From an uncultured Candidatus Saccharibacteria bacterium (lineage in GTDB: Bacteria; Patescibacteriota; Minisyncoccia; Phycocordibacterales; UBA9973), in the NCBI GenBank assembly GCA_964418145.1, contig CAYQKC010000002.1, positions 1 to 40,336 on the forward strand: 40,336 bases of DNA. The letters are read 5' to 3'. Below are positions 1 to 9,300 of this stretch, piece after piece (position 1 is the first letter of the stretch; every line of letters starts with the position of its first letter). The position numbers and the translations under genes were made by a program. The notes under the pieces were generated by a model. The model ran no database searches. It saw nothing but the letters and a program-made list of their open reading frames with translations, and had not been told where the DNA came from.

Positions 1-118
1 GATGAAACAGGTAGAAAGGTTTTGCGGCAAATGCGGTAAAAGTTTCAAAACCCATTACACTGAAAAAGAAGCCCCTTTGGTTTATTGCAAAGAGTGCTAC
101 AACAAGGAAGTGTATTAA
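1..118 (+). CDS. 3' end of a zinc-ribbon (CxxC...CxxC) protein, cut by the window edge (or a complete 38-aa ORF from the ATG at 2)
   Basis: Frame 2 reads MKQVERFCGKCGKSFKTHYTEKEAPLVYCKECYNKEVY with stop TAA at 116-118. The tail YC.ECYNKEVY closely matches the C-terminus of the 570-aa Cys-rich ORF at 3619-5331. Confidence 0.5.
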   Translation, partial: MKQVERFCGKCGKSFKTHYTEKEAPLVYCKECYNKEVY

Positions 119-130
119 TTACAACACAAA

Positions 131-952
131 TTGCCAAAGGGCACCTTTGACACATGTAATACAATGGAGGATTTTTCTATAGAAATAAGAAAAAGCAGTT
201 TACAAAAAACTCCCGAAGAAAAAGAAGTAATTTTGTTTGCCAATAAGATAAGTAATTGTCTTTTAATTGAATGCGGTATAAGGCCCATTGACATAGGAGA
301 AGAAAAAATCTTTATTCTTCCAAAAGACTTTAAAAAAAGAATTACTGGTAGTAATGGTGCGGGTAGGGCGGATAAAACAACTGGATTTATTTTTCTTAAC
401 TCTGAAAAGGTTAGAGGAAAAGGAATGTTGAGATTCGGAAATATTGTGTTTCATGAAATGCTTCATTTAAAATCACTGAGCTCAGATAAATTTTTTGGCG
501 GACTGAATGAAGCAATAATTTCTCATTATGAAAGATATTTTGTTTCTAAAGCGCTTAAGGATAATTTTTTTTCAAAAGAGAAAATTTGGCTGGAATCTAA
601 AGAGGCAAAAAGTTTTAAGAGAGAAATTTCACGTTCAATGAATATACGTCAAAACGATTTATATACAGTAGATAAAAATAAGAATTTTGATGTTCATTGT
701 TATCCTTTGCACGAAATGGTATTAGAGAGAATAGTGAATAAAACCTATTTGGATAATATAAAAAGATTTGATTCAGTGGAGGATGTGATAAAAGAATTTT
801 TAAAATTGATGATTAATGGAAACTTAGCCGGAGTTCTAAAAATTTTAAATAAGTCATATAAACCAGAGTTTATTGAACTTTTAAAAAATATGAACGAAAA
901 GCCTGAATCTGCAGAAAAAATATTAGAATATCTGTCATTGAAAAACCAATAA
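131..952 (+). CDS. hypothetical protein with a zincin-like HExxH motif (HEMLH, then NEA about 19 residues downstream)
   Basis: 273-codon ORF. Motif FGNIVFHEMLHLKS....GGLNEAIISH. No other domain recognised. The start is uncertain (TTG at 131 or ATG at 164). Clearly more AT-rich than the next gene. Confidence 0.6.
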   Translation: MPKGTFDTCNTMEDFSIEIRKSSLQKTPEEKEVILFANKISNCLLIECGIRPIDIGEEKIFILPKDFKKRITGSNGAGRADKTTGFIFLNSEKVRGKGMLRFGNIVFHEMLHLKSLSSDKFFGGLNEAIISHYERYFVSKALKDNFFSKEKIWLESKEAKSFKREISRSMNIRQNDLYTVDKNKNFDVHCYPLHEMVLERIVNKTYLDNIKRFDSVEDVIKEFLKLMINGNLAGVLKILNKSYKPEFIELLKNMNEKPESAEKILEYLSLKNQ

Positions 953-977
953 AAAAGTAGTAAAATAAAGGAGATAT

Positions 978-2480
978 ATGCCAAAGCCGAACAGAGTCCA
1001 AATAATCAAATACGCTCCGCCTCCGCCGGAATTGCCGGTTTTTGGCAAGGTTGATCCTGAAGAAGTATCGTTCTTTGGGCGCACCAATTACGTGGCGGCC
1101 CTGGAAGAAAAGAAATTTATTTTCGGCATCAAGCGCATAGACCGCAGGCGCCATCTTTATATCATTGGCAAATCCGGCGTCGGCAAGACCAAGCTCTTGG
1201 AACTTCTTTTGCGCCAAGATGTCACTTATAATCATGGCATATGTTTAATTGACCCGCACGGCGATGTGATAGACGCAATACTTGATTATATACCGAAAGA
1301 GCGCATTGAAGATGTCTGTATTATTGACCCGCCGGATATAGATTTTCCCGCATCTTTTAATCCTTTAGCCAACGTGGATCCGGCTTTCAAATTCCAATTA
1401 ACCCAGGGCTTGATTGAAGTTTTTCAAAAGCAATTCGGTGCCAATTGGACGCCCCGCCTGGAGCACGTCTTCCGCTTTACCTGCCTTGCGCTCCTTGATT
1501 ACCCGCACGCCACGATGCGCGGGATGATCTCTATGCTGACGGACAGAAATTACCGCCAGAAAGTAGTGGAATACATTACCGACGACATGGTTAAAAGATT
1601 CTTCGCTATAGAATTCGCCGACTGGTCCGAAAAGTTCGATACAGACGCCATTATTCCGCTCGTAAACAAGCTCGGCCAATTCCTCTCAGATCCGCTCTTG
1701 CGCAATATTTTCGGACAGAAGCAAAATAAAATAGATATCAGCAAGCTGATGAACGAAGAGAAGATAATCTTGATTAACCTTTCCAAGGGCCGTCTCGGTG
1801 AAGAAAATTCCTCTTTCTTGGGATCCATATTTTTAACGAAGATTAAACAGGCCGGAATGGAGCGCGCGGCGATTCCGGAAAAAGACCGCAAAGATTTCTA
1901 TCTGTATGTGGACGAGTTCCAAAACGTCGTCACCCAGACCTTTGAAAACATTTTATCCGAGGCGCGCAAATACGGATTAAACCTTACTATGGCGCACCAA
2001 TATGTCGGCCAAATTATTACCCGGGTGCATCAGGCGGTGCTCGGCAACTGCGGAAGCATTATAACTTTCCGCATCGGCGGCGAAGACGCAGTGAAAATGA
2101 AACCGGAATTTGCGCCGGTCTTTGATATCAAAGATATGATCAACCTGGCAGTCGGAGAAATTTTCGTCAAAATGACAATTGACGGGGAATCTTACGATCC
2201 ATTTTCGGCGGAAACTTTGCGGGTACTTCCGCCGACTCATCCTTCTTATCGCAAGGAAATTATCGCCGCTTCGCGCAGGAAGTACACTATCTCTAAAGAT
2301 GATGCCGCCAAATTGATTGCCGAAGAAGAGGCTACAATCATAAGGAGCGCAGAAGAGAAAGCAATTATTGAGGGGAAGAAAGGCAATAATAACAACAATA
2401 ATAACAATAACGGAAATGATAGAGAAGGGAACAATATGGAAACAAATAATACTTCTCATGAGGCTGAACCTATGATATAA
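978..2480 (+). CDS. soluble P-loop NTPase of the TraD/VirD4/TrwB (type IV coupling protein, FtsK-HerA-like) type
   Basis: Walker A IIGKSGVGKTKL, Walker B FYLYVDEFQN, and a downstream LTMAHQYVGQI motif. No TM segments. SD AAGGAG at 968-973. The C-terminal tail has a 9-Asn run. Confidence 0.75.
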   Translation: MPKPNRVQIIKYAPPPPELPVFGKVDPEEVSFFGRTNYVAALEEKKFIFGIKRIDRRRHLYIIGKSGVGKTKLLELLLRQDVTYNHGICLIDPHGDVIDAILDYIPKERIEDVCIIDPPDIDFPASFNPLANVDPAFKFQLTQGLIEVFQKQFGANWTPRLEHVFRFTCLALLDYPHATMRGMISMLTDRNYRQKVVEYITDDMVKRFFAIEFADWSEKFDTDAIIPLVNKLGQFLSDPLLRNIFGQKQNKIDISKLMNEEKIILINLSKGRLGEENSSFLGSIFLTKIKQAGMERAAIPEKDRKDFYLYVDEFQNVVTQTFENILSEARKYGLNLTMAHQYVGQIITRVHQAVLGNCGSIITFRIGGEDAVKMKPEFAPVFDIKDMINLAVGEIFVKMTIDGESYDPFSAETLRVLPPTHPSYRKEIIAASRRKYTISKDDAAKLIAEEEATIIRSAEEKAIIEGKKGNNNNNNNNNGNDREGNNMETNNTSHEAEPMI

Positions 2481-2519
2481 TGCCCCTTCAGGATATGAAA
2501 TAAGTTTAATAAATACTTT

Positions 2520-3617
2520 ATGAGCAAAGACTATTACAAAATATTGGGCGTAGAAAAAAATGCCTCCAAAGATGAAATCAAGAAGGCTTTTTATAAATTG
2601 GCGCATAAATATCATCCAGATAAAAAGGAAGGGGACGAAAAGAAATTTAAAGAAGTCAACGAAGCTTACCAAGTGCTTTCGGATGAAGCAAAAAGGTCAA
2701 AATACGACCAATTTGGAGCCGGTTTTGAAAATATGAATCAAGGATATGGAGGACAAGGCCAGGGCTTTTCCGGTTTTGATGGAGGGTGGGATTTTTCAGG
2801 ATTTGGCGGGGAAGCTGGCTTTGATTTTGGCAACTTAAACGATATTTTCAGCGATTTCTTCGGCGGAGGCATGGGTTCTTCTAGAAGCGAACAAAGGCGC
2901 GGGCGCGATATCTCAACCGAGATCCAAATTTCTTTTTCCGAATCTGTTTTCGGCGTGACTCGAAAAATTTTGCTTACCAAGATATCAAAATGCGGTATTT
3001 GCGGAGGTTCAGGCGCTAAAGCAGGAACGAAAATGGAAACTTGCAAATACTGTAACGGCCAAGGGAAAATTCATGAAGCAAAAAGGACGATCTTAGGCAC
3101 GATTTCTAGCACCAAACTCTGCCAGGAATGCCTGGGTACCGGGCAAGTGCCGAAAGAAAAATGCGAAACTTGCAAGGGCAAGGGCGTTTTGCGCAAAGAA
3201 GAAGAAATCACTGTCGATGTACCTGTCGGTATCCGTGACGGCGAGATGATCCGCATGTCCGGCATGGGCGAGGCGATTTCCAAGGGCACCGCCGGAGATT
3301 TGTATATCAAAATAAATGTGTCTTCGCATCCGGTTTTCAAAAGGGAAGGCAATGATTTGACGATGAATCTTGATCTCAAATTGACCGACGCCCTGCTCGG
3401 CACAGAATATCCTATACATACTTTGGATGGAGATATAACGGTAAAAATCCCGGAAGGCGTGTCTATTAATGAAATTTTAAGAGTAAAAGGCAAAGGAGTG
3501 CCGGCCGGTAAATCAAAGCGCGGAGACCTTTTAATCAAGCTCAAAATTAAAATGCCTTCCAAAATTTCGCGCAAATCCCGCGAACTCATAGAAAAATTAA
3601 AAGAAGAGGGAATCTAG
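2520..3617 (+). CDS. dnaJ: molecular chaperone DnaJ
   Basis: J-domain DYYKILGV...KYHPDK, a G/F-rich linker, and CxxCxGxG zinc-finger repeats ([32 protein letters not shown]). Confidence 0.95.
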   Translation: MSKDYYKILGVEKNASKDEIKKAFYKLAHKYHPDKKEGDEKKFKEVNEAYQVLSDEAKRSKYDQFGAGFENMNQGYGGQGQGFSGFDGGWDFSGFGGEAGFDFGNLNDIFSDFFGGGMGSSRSEQRRGRDISTEIQISFSESVFGVTRKILLTKISKCGICGGSGAKAGTKMETCKYCNGQGKIHEAKRTILGTISSTKLCQECLGTGQVPKEKCETCKGKGVLRKEEEITVDVPVGIRDGEMIRMSGMGEAISKGTAGDLYIKINVSSHPVFKREGNDLTMNLDLKLTDALLGTEYPIHTLDGDITVKIPEGVSINEILRVKGKGVPAGKSKRGDLLIKLKIKMPSKISRKSRELIEKLKEEGI

Positions 3618-3618
3618 A

Positions 3619-5331
3619 ATGGAAGACAAAAAGAAAAATTGTCAAAATTGTGGAAAAAATTTTGAAATAACAAAAGATGATTTTTCTTTCTACGAAAAAA
3701 TCAGCGTTCCGCCGCCTACTTTTTGCCCGGAATGCAGGATTATAAGGCAATTTTCTCACAGAAATGAAAAGATTCTTTATAAGAGAGATTGCATGGTGCC
3801 CGGTCACACGGAAAAACTGATTTCAATGTATTCTCCGAATAGCGCCATGACGGTATACGATACAAATTATTGGTGGGGAGACCAATGGGACCCGATGAAT
3901 TTTGGAGAGGAATATGATTTCTCAAAAAATTTCCTTGAGCAATTTTACGCGCTTCAGGCTAAAGTACCGCGGCCGCCTTTGGTAAACAACAAGTCATTGA
4001 ATTCTGAATTTTGTAATTTCTCCGATGAAAATAAGAATTGCTACCTGATTACTTCAGCCAACAGAAACGAGAATAGTTTGTATGGCTTCGGCTTGGTGGA
4101 CAATAAGGATATTTCCGACTGCTTATGGTGTTCTGGATGCGAGCTCCTATATGAAAGCATAGATTGCGAAAAGTGTTATGACACTATGTACTCGCAACAA
4201 TGCGAAGGCTGCGTCAGCTCGGCTTTTCTTTTTGATTGCCGGGGTTGCAATAATTGTCTCTTTTGTGTTCATTTAAGAAATAAATCTTATTACATTTTCA
4301 ATAAACAAAGCACGAAGGAAGAATACGATAATTTTAAGAAAGAATTTGGCAAACTTGCCAGCTTGAAAGATTTGATACAGAAATTTGAGGATTTTAAGAA
4401 GAAAGAATCAATGCGGAAATATGCGAATATATTGAAATCGGTAAAGTCATTGGGAGAAAATATTTTTACTTCCAAAAATATAAATCGCGGTTTTGATGTT
4501 TATCAATCTGAAGATTCGTCCTATCTGGAAGAAGGATTGAATGCCAAAAACTGTTACGATTTATGTTTTTTTGACACCGTGGAGCTTTCTTACGAATCTA
4601 GTAGCGTGGGATTGCCGGCTTACGGCTGTTTTTTCACTATCTTTTGCCGGGATTCGCACAACTTGCAATATTGCGATAATTGCCGCGGATCCAAGGACCT
4701 TTTCGGCTGTGTTAGTTTGAGAAATAAACAGTATTGCATATTAAATAAACAATATACAAAAGAAGAATATGAAACCCTGGTCAGCAAAATAATTAAACAT
4801 ATGGGCAATATGCCATATTTAGACAAAAAAGGCAGGATTTATAAATATGGGGAGTTTTTACCCACAGAATTGTCTCCCTTTGCCTACAACGAGACGATTG
4901 CTCAAGAATATTTTTCGTTGAGTCGCGGAGAAATTTTAAAAAGAGGATATAAATGGAAAGAAAATTCTGAAAGGAATTATATTATTGACATCAAGAATGA
5001 GAAAATTCCGCAAGAAATTGCAAATATGCGGGAAGATATAGTGGGCAAGGTCTTGGAATGCAAGCATAAAGGCAAATGCAACGAACAATGTACAGAGGCT
5101 TTTAAAATAACTGAAGAAGAATTCAAATTTTACAAGAAGATGAATTTACCACCTCCCAGATTTTGTCCCAACTGTAGGCACTACAATAGATTAAAACAGC
5201 GTAATCCTTTGAAGCTCTGGCACAGGAAGTGCATGAAAGAAGGATGCACCAATGAATTTGAGACCTCCTATGCCCCAGAGAGGCCGGAGATTGTGTATTG
5301 CGAGGGGTGTTATAATAAAGAGGTTTATTAG
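3619..5331 (+). CDS. large Cys-rich protein with zinc-ribbon modules at both termini and an internally duplicated Cys-rich core
   Basis: N-terminus CQNCGKNFEITKDDFSFYEKISVPPPTFCPECR. C-terminal part FKITEEEFKFYKKMNLPPPRFCPNCR ... YCEGCYNKEVY. The core repeats (...CVHLRNKSYYIFNKQSTKEEYD / ...CVSLRNKQYCILNKQYTKEEYE). Starts 1 nt after the dnaJ stop. Confidence 0.8.
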   Translation: MEDKKKNCQNCGKNFEITKDDFSFYEKISVPPPTFCPECRIIRQFSHRNEKILYKRDCMVPGHTEKLISMYSPNSAMTVYDTNYWWGDQWDPMNFGEEYDFSKNFLEQFYALQAKVPRPPLVNNKSLNSEFCNFSDENKNCYLITSANRNENSLYGFGLVDNKDISDCLWCSGCELLYESIDCEKCYDTMYSQQCEGCVSSAFLFDCRGCNNCLFCVHLRNKSYYIFNKQSTKEEYDNFKKEFGKLASLKDLIQKFEDFKKKESMRKYANILKSVKSLGENIFTSKNINRGFDVYQSEDSSYLEEGLNAKNCYDLCFFDTVELSYESSSVGLPAYGCFFTIFCRDSHNLQYCDNCRGSKDLFGCVSLRNKQYCILNKQYTKEEYETLVSKIIKHMGNMPYLDKKGRIYKYGEFLPTELSPFAYNETIAQEYFSLSRGEILKRGYKWKENSERNYIIDIKNEKIPQEIANMREDIVGKVLECKHKGKCNEQCTEAFKITEEEFKFYKKMNLPPPRFCPNCRHYNRLKQRNPLKLWHRKCMKEGCTNEFETSYAPERPEIVYCEGCYNKEVY

Positions 5332-5383
5332 ATACATATATCTAGCGGTAGCAGGATATATGTATGAAAAAAATTAAAAAACG

Positions 5384-5419
5384 TTAGTATACAGTATATT
5401 GTATACTAAGAATTTTTTT
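5384..5419 (+). terminator. intrinsic terminator after the dnaJ/Cys-rich operon
   Basis: Stem TTAGTATAC (5384-5392) pairs with GTATACTAA (5401-5409) around an 8-nt loop, followed by GAATTTTTTT. Confidence 0.6.
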
Positions 5420-5427
5420 AAAAAGTA

Positions 5428-5997
5428 ATGTTGCCGGAAGAAATAATTTGGATAGGTGTCTTAATAAATTTGTTTTTCAGCCTCTGGTATATAAGAAGCA
5501 TTTTTAAAAGCGGAACAAGGCCGAATTTGGTCTCTTGGGTGATCTGGATGTTAGCGCCATTTATCGGAACTTTCTTGGCGCTTCAGGCCGGTGCCGGGTT
5601 TTCGGTGACGGACATATTTATGGCCGGTTTCGGTCCGCTTTTGGTGATCATTTTTTCTACTTGGAAGAAAAATGCTTTTTGGAGAATAGAAAAATTCGAC
5701 TTGCTCTGCGGAGCTTTTTCTGTAATTGCTCTTATTGTTTATATTTCTACTTACAATCTGAGCATTTCAATTATTTTTGCCATCTTAAGCGATGGCCTGG
5801 CAGCAGTGCCAACGATAAAAAAATCCTGGAATTTCCCGGAGACGGAAAGTTTTTCCGTATACTTTGGCGGAATAGTGAATAATGTTTTATCCTTGCTTAT
5901 CGTAAAAAGTTGGAGTTTTCCTATTTATTCTTTCAATGTTTATTTTGTTTTGATAAACATCGTAATAATTTTTGCAATTTACCGCAAAAAATTATAA
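5428..5997 (+). CDS. hypothetical polytopic membrane protein
   Basis: 189 aa with about six hydrophobic segments and no recognised catalytic motif. Its 3' end overlaps the convergent arginase-family gene by 19 nt. Confidence 0.65.
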   Translation: MLPEEIIWIGVLINLFFSLWYIRSIFKSGTRPNLVSWVIWMLAPFIGTFLALQAGAGFSVTDIFMAGFGPLLVIIFSTWKKNAFWRIEKFDLLCGAFSVIALIVYISTYNLSISIIFAILSDGLAAVPTIKKSWNFPETESFSVYFGGIVNNVLSLLIVKSWSFPIYSFNVYFVLINIVIIFAIYRKKL

Positions 5998-6854
5998 CTC
6001 ATTATTTTATAGCAGATGAGAGAGGCTCCGAATTCGGTAAGGGATGAGTCTTTAAGCGGAGCGACTTCCACGATATCCGCACCGATTAAATTTTTCTTTT
6101 CTATTATTTTTTTAAGCAAATCAATTCCATAATTCCAATCTAATCCGCCTTGTATTGGCGTTCCGGTCCCGGGCATAAAAGACGGATCAAAACCGTCTAC
6201 ATCTATAGATAAATAAACCTTCTCTGTTTTGATAGATTTTACAATGTCTTCTATTTTTGGAATCTTCCCACTCCAAGCAAAAACAGTTATATTTTTTTTA
6301 TTTTTCTGCCAATAATCATATTCGTATTTTGAGAATGTTCTTATGCCGACTTGGACCAGATTAAAGCCAAGCTCATGCGCTCGGCGCATCACGCAAGAAT
6401 GGGCATAGCGATCAACTTTTTCTTCATAATCGCTGTTGTCGTTGCGCAGATCTTGGTGCGCATCTATCTGCACGATGGTAATTTTTTTAGGGTCTTCAAT
6501 TCGAGCGATAGCCCTTAATGCGCCTAAAGAGACGGAATGTTCGCCGCCCAAAAGTATCCCGAGTTTTCCTTTTTGGACGTTCTCTTTGTATTCCTTTCCT
6601 ATTTTTTTTACGGCTTTTTCAGCGGCTAATTTTGACAGCCCTTTTATTTCCCGATAAGCGGTTTTTATTTTTTTTGCCGGCTCAGCGAGCAAGCCGATAT
6701 CAAAAAGCTCCAGATAGTTGTCCAGACAATCTATTATTTTCTTCGGAGCTTTGGCAGTACCGCCGCCAAAAGAAACGCTGCCTTCATAAGGAGCGCCTAA
6801 AATCACGACATCGGCGCTTCTTGTATTTTTTGTATTTATTATCCTGTCTATCAT
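5979..6854 (-). CDS. speB: arginase/agmatinase-family ureohydrolase (agmatinase-like)
   Basis: Family metal-binding motifs GGEHSVS, DAHQDLR and SIDVDGFDPSFMPGTGTP. Confidence 0.8.
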   Translation of the reverse strand: MIDRIINTKNTRSADVVILGAPYEGSVSFGGGTAKAPKKIIDCLDNYLELFDIGLLAEPAKKIKTAYREIKGLSKLAAEKAVKKIGKEYKENVQKGKLGILLGGEHSVSLGALRAIARIEDPKKITIVQIDAHQDLRNDNSDYEEKVDRYAHSCVMRRAHELGFNLVQVGIRTFSKYEYDYWQKNKKNITVFAWSGKIPKIEDIVKSIKTEKVYLSIDVDGFDPSFMPGTGTPIQGGLDWNYGIDLLKKIIEKKNLIGADIVEVAPLKDSSLTEFGASLICYKIMSYNFLR

Positions 6855-6860
6855 ATCAAG

Positions 6861-6866
6861 ATGTTA
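6861..6866 (-). promoter_or_regulatory. -10-like hexamer TAACAT 6 nt upstream of the speB-like ATG
   Basis: The minus strand reads TAACAT-cttgat-ATG. This is weaker than the other sites because there is no TG extension. Confidence 0.3.
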
Positions 6867-6895
6867 CTAAATTATTGATATTTTTGCAAAATTAT

Positions 6896-6904
6896 TGCTA
6901 TACT
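6896..6904 (+). promoter_or_regulatory. extended -10 promoter TGcTATACT, 7 nt upstream of the metK ATG
   Basis: TGcTATACT-tgatttt-ATG(6912). No Shine-Dalgarno sequence. Confidence 0.5.
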
Positions 6905-6911
6905 TGATTTT

Positions 6912-7853
6912 ATGTCAATAAAAACATGTGAATTCGTAAGTCCCAAGCATCCGGACAAAATTTGCGATTTTATCGCTGACTCTATTTTAGATGCGTATTT
7001 GGCGGAAGATAGGGAAAGCCGGGTGGCGGTGGAAGTGATGGGCGGGCATAATTTGATAACCATAAACGGCGAAGTGACGAGCCATGGTGCGCCTAATTTG
7101 CAAAAAATAGTGGAAGATATTGTCGGTCCGAGTTTCAAAGTGATAATCAATTTATCCAGACAAAGCCCGGAGATAGCGCATGGCGTGGATACCGGCGGAG
7201 CTGGCGATCAGGGAATAATGAAAGGTTATGCCACAAGCGAGACTGAAAATATGATGCCCTTGGAATACGATTTGGCGCGCGATTTATGTATGAAAGTTTA
7301 TGAGAAATATCCTTATGACGGCAAAGTGCAAGTGACTTTAAATGGCGATACTGTTGATATAGTAGTAGTTAGTTTTCAGAATACAAAAAATGAAGATCTT
7401 TTAGATTTGGTCAAAAGTGTTATCAAGGCGAGGGAGTATTTAATCAATCCAGCAGGCGAATGGTTGCAAGGCGGATTTGATGCGGACACCGGACTTTCCG
7501 GAAGAAAAATAATTATTGATAATTACGGTCCGGAAATCTCGGTCGGAGGCGGATCTTTTTCCGGCAAAGATTATACGAAAGTGGATAGAAGCGGAGCTTA
7601 TATGGCACGGGAAATTGCCGTTGATTATTTGAAAAAATATAGTGCTAAAAATGTTTTTGTAAAATTGGCTTATGCTATTGGCAAAGCGGAGCCGGTAATG
7701 GCCGTCGCTATCATTAATGGAAAGGAAATGCCGATAGAAGGTTATGATCTAACCCCGAAAGGAATTCGCCAAGCGCTCAAATTAGACGAAGTAAAATATA
7801 GAGAACTCGCAAAATGGGGCCACTTCGGTCGAAATTTTAATTGGGATAGATAA
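6912..7853 (+). CDS. metK: S-adenosylmethionine synthetase, compact 313-aa form
   Basis: Motifs KHPDKICDFIADSILDA, GAGDQGIMKGYA, GLSGRKIIIDNYG, GGSFSGKDYTKVDRSGAY and WGHFGR. Confidence 0.9.
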   Translation: MSIKTCEFVSPKHPDKICDFIADSILDAYLAEDRESRVAVEVMGGHNLITINGEVTSHGAPNLQKIVEDIVGPSFKVIINLSRQSPEIAHGVDTGGAGDQGIMKGYATSETENMMPLEYDLARDLCMKVYEKYPYDGKVQVTLNGDTVDIVVVSFQNTKNEDLLDLVKSVIKAREYLINPAGEWLQGGFDADTGLSGRKIIIDNYGPEISVGGGSFSGKDYTKVDRSGAYMAREIAVDYLKKYSAKNVFVKLAYAIGKAEPVMAVAIINGKEMPIEGYDLTPKGIRQALKLDEVKYRELAKWGHFGRNFNWDR

Positions 7854-7887
7854 CTACGGCGAGGTTAAACCTTGCCGTGAAGAGGAT

Positions 7888-9300
7888 TTAGATTTTTGCC
7901 TCACCCGTAGGTCTGTGGCCGAGGGAAATTTCCGAGCCTTCGGGGAGGTCTTTGATTTCGTAACCGAGTGAATTTATTTTTTGGCGAAGTTCGTCGGACT
8001 TTTGCCAATTTTTGTTTTTGCGTGCTTCTTCGCGTTCACGGGCGATATTTAAAATATCTTCCGGGATTTTTTCTTTTTTTATATTTTTAAAACCAAGCCC
8101 CAAAACTTTATCAAAGTCTAGGATAGTTGTTTTTTTATCAGCGTTCGAAATGCTTTCGTCTTTTAAGAGATCCCAGAGAGTGGATAAGGCCCTCGGAGTG
8201 TCTAAATCGTCTTCTAGATATTCTTTGAATTTAGCCTGGTATTTTGGCTCTATAACCCCTACTTCTTCCCCTAACTCCAAATAGAGCTTGTAGAGGCGTT
8301 TTAAGGCCGTTTCTGCGCCTTCCAAGGCTTCCCAATTGAAGTTTACTTTGGTGCGATAATTAGCCATTAATAGCCAAAAGCGATAGGCGAGAGGGTTCAT
8401 TTTTTCTTTGATTTTATCAAGTTTGAAAAAGTTATCGTCCGATTTTGCCATTTTGACCCCTCCGACATCCACGAACTCGCTGTGCATCCAAAATCTGACA
8501 AAAGGTTTTTTACCCGTTGCAGATTCTGATTGCACTATTTCATTTGTGTGATGAATAGAAATATGATCTATGCCTCCAGTATGAATATCAAATTGTTCTC
8601 CCAAAAATTTCATACTCATTGCTGAACATTCTATATGCCAGCCGGGAAAACCTTGTCCAAAAGAAGATTTAAAACCGATTTTATTATCAAATTTCCAAAG
8701 CACAAAATCTTCTGGGTTTTTCTTTTCAGAATTTTCGGCAATTCTGCTTTTTATATCTTCTCTGAACACAATACCTCCTCTTAGTATCCCATAATCATAT
8801 ACTTTGGAAGTATCAAAATAAATTCCATCATCGGTTTTGTAAGTGTATTTTTTTTCTTCCAGTTTTTTTATCAAATCTATATCCTCTTTTATATAGTCAC
8901 TAGCAAAATACATTCCATCTGGCATTTGAATATTTAATTTTTGAATATCTTCTTTAAATTTCTCTGCGTAAAATTCAGCTAGTTCTCGCATGTTTTTGAG
9001 CGTCAATTCTTTGCCTTCTCGTAAAAGTCCTTTAGTCATTTTATCTTCACCCGAATCTGCATCACTGACTAGATGCCCCACATCTGTAATATTCATTATT
9101 TGTTTTACTTTCAATCCATTATATTTTAAAACGCGACACAATGTATCAGCAAAAACATAAGCGCGCAAATTGCCTATATGAGCATAGTTGTAAACCGTCG
9201 GTCCGCAAGTATACATCCGAACTTCATTTTCATCAATCGGGGAAAAGATTTCTTTTTTGCGAGTGAGAGTATTATAAAATTGTAACTTGTTTGAATTCAT
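7888..9300 (-). CDS. cysS: cysteine--tRNA ligase
   Basis: N-terminus FYNTLTRKKEIF, MYTCGPTVYNYAHIGNLR (HIGH-type) and KMAKS (KMSKS-type). Confidence 0.95.
   Translation of the reverse strand: MNSNKLQFYNTLTRKKEIFSPIDENEVRMYTCGPTVYNYAHIGNLRAYVFADTLCRVLKYNGLKVKQIMNITDVGHLVSDADSGEDKMTKGLLREGKELTLKNMRELAEFYAEKFKEDIQKLNIQMPDGMYFASDYIKEDIDLIKKLEEKKYTYKTDDGIYFDTSKVYDYGILRGGIVFREDIKSRIAENSEKKNPEDFVLWKFDNKIGFKSSFGQGFPGWHIECSAMSMKFLGEQFDIHTGGIDHISIHHTNEIVQSESATGKKPFVRFWMHSEFVDVGGVKMAKSDDNFFKLDKIKEKMNPLAYRFWLLMANYRTKVNFNWEALEGAETALKRLYKLYLELGEEVGVIEPKYQAKFKEYLEDDLDTPRALSTLWDLLKDESISNADKKTTILDFDKVLGLGFKNIKKEKIPEDILNIAREREEARKNKNWQKSDELRQKINSLGYEIKDLPEGSEISLGHRPTGEAKI

Noticed and set aside
1977-2672. Long antisense or alternative-frame ORFs in the track. 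Examples are 1977-2672(-), 5535-5882(+), 14346-14936(-), 23713-24324(+), 29365-29880(+), 36206-36688(+) and 38502-38891(-).
   Set aside because: Each lies fully within, or opposite, a confidently identified gene. Their translations are low-complexity or unrecognisable, which is the usual shadow-ORF pattern.
7857-7879. The hairpin ACGGCGAGG-TTAAA-CCTTGCCGT between convergent metK and cysS as a canonical intrinsic terminator.
   Set aside because: The stem is good (one G-U pair), but neither strand has an adjacent U-tract, so I do not call it a rho-independent terminator. It may still act as a transcriptional or mRNA-stability element.
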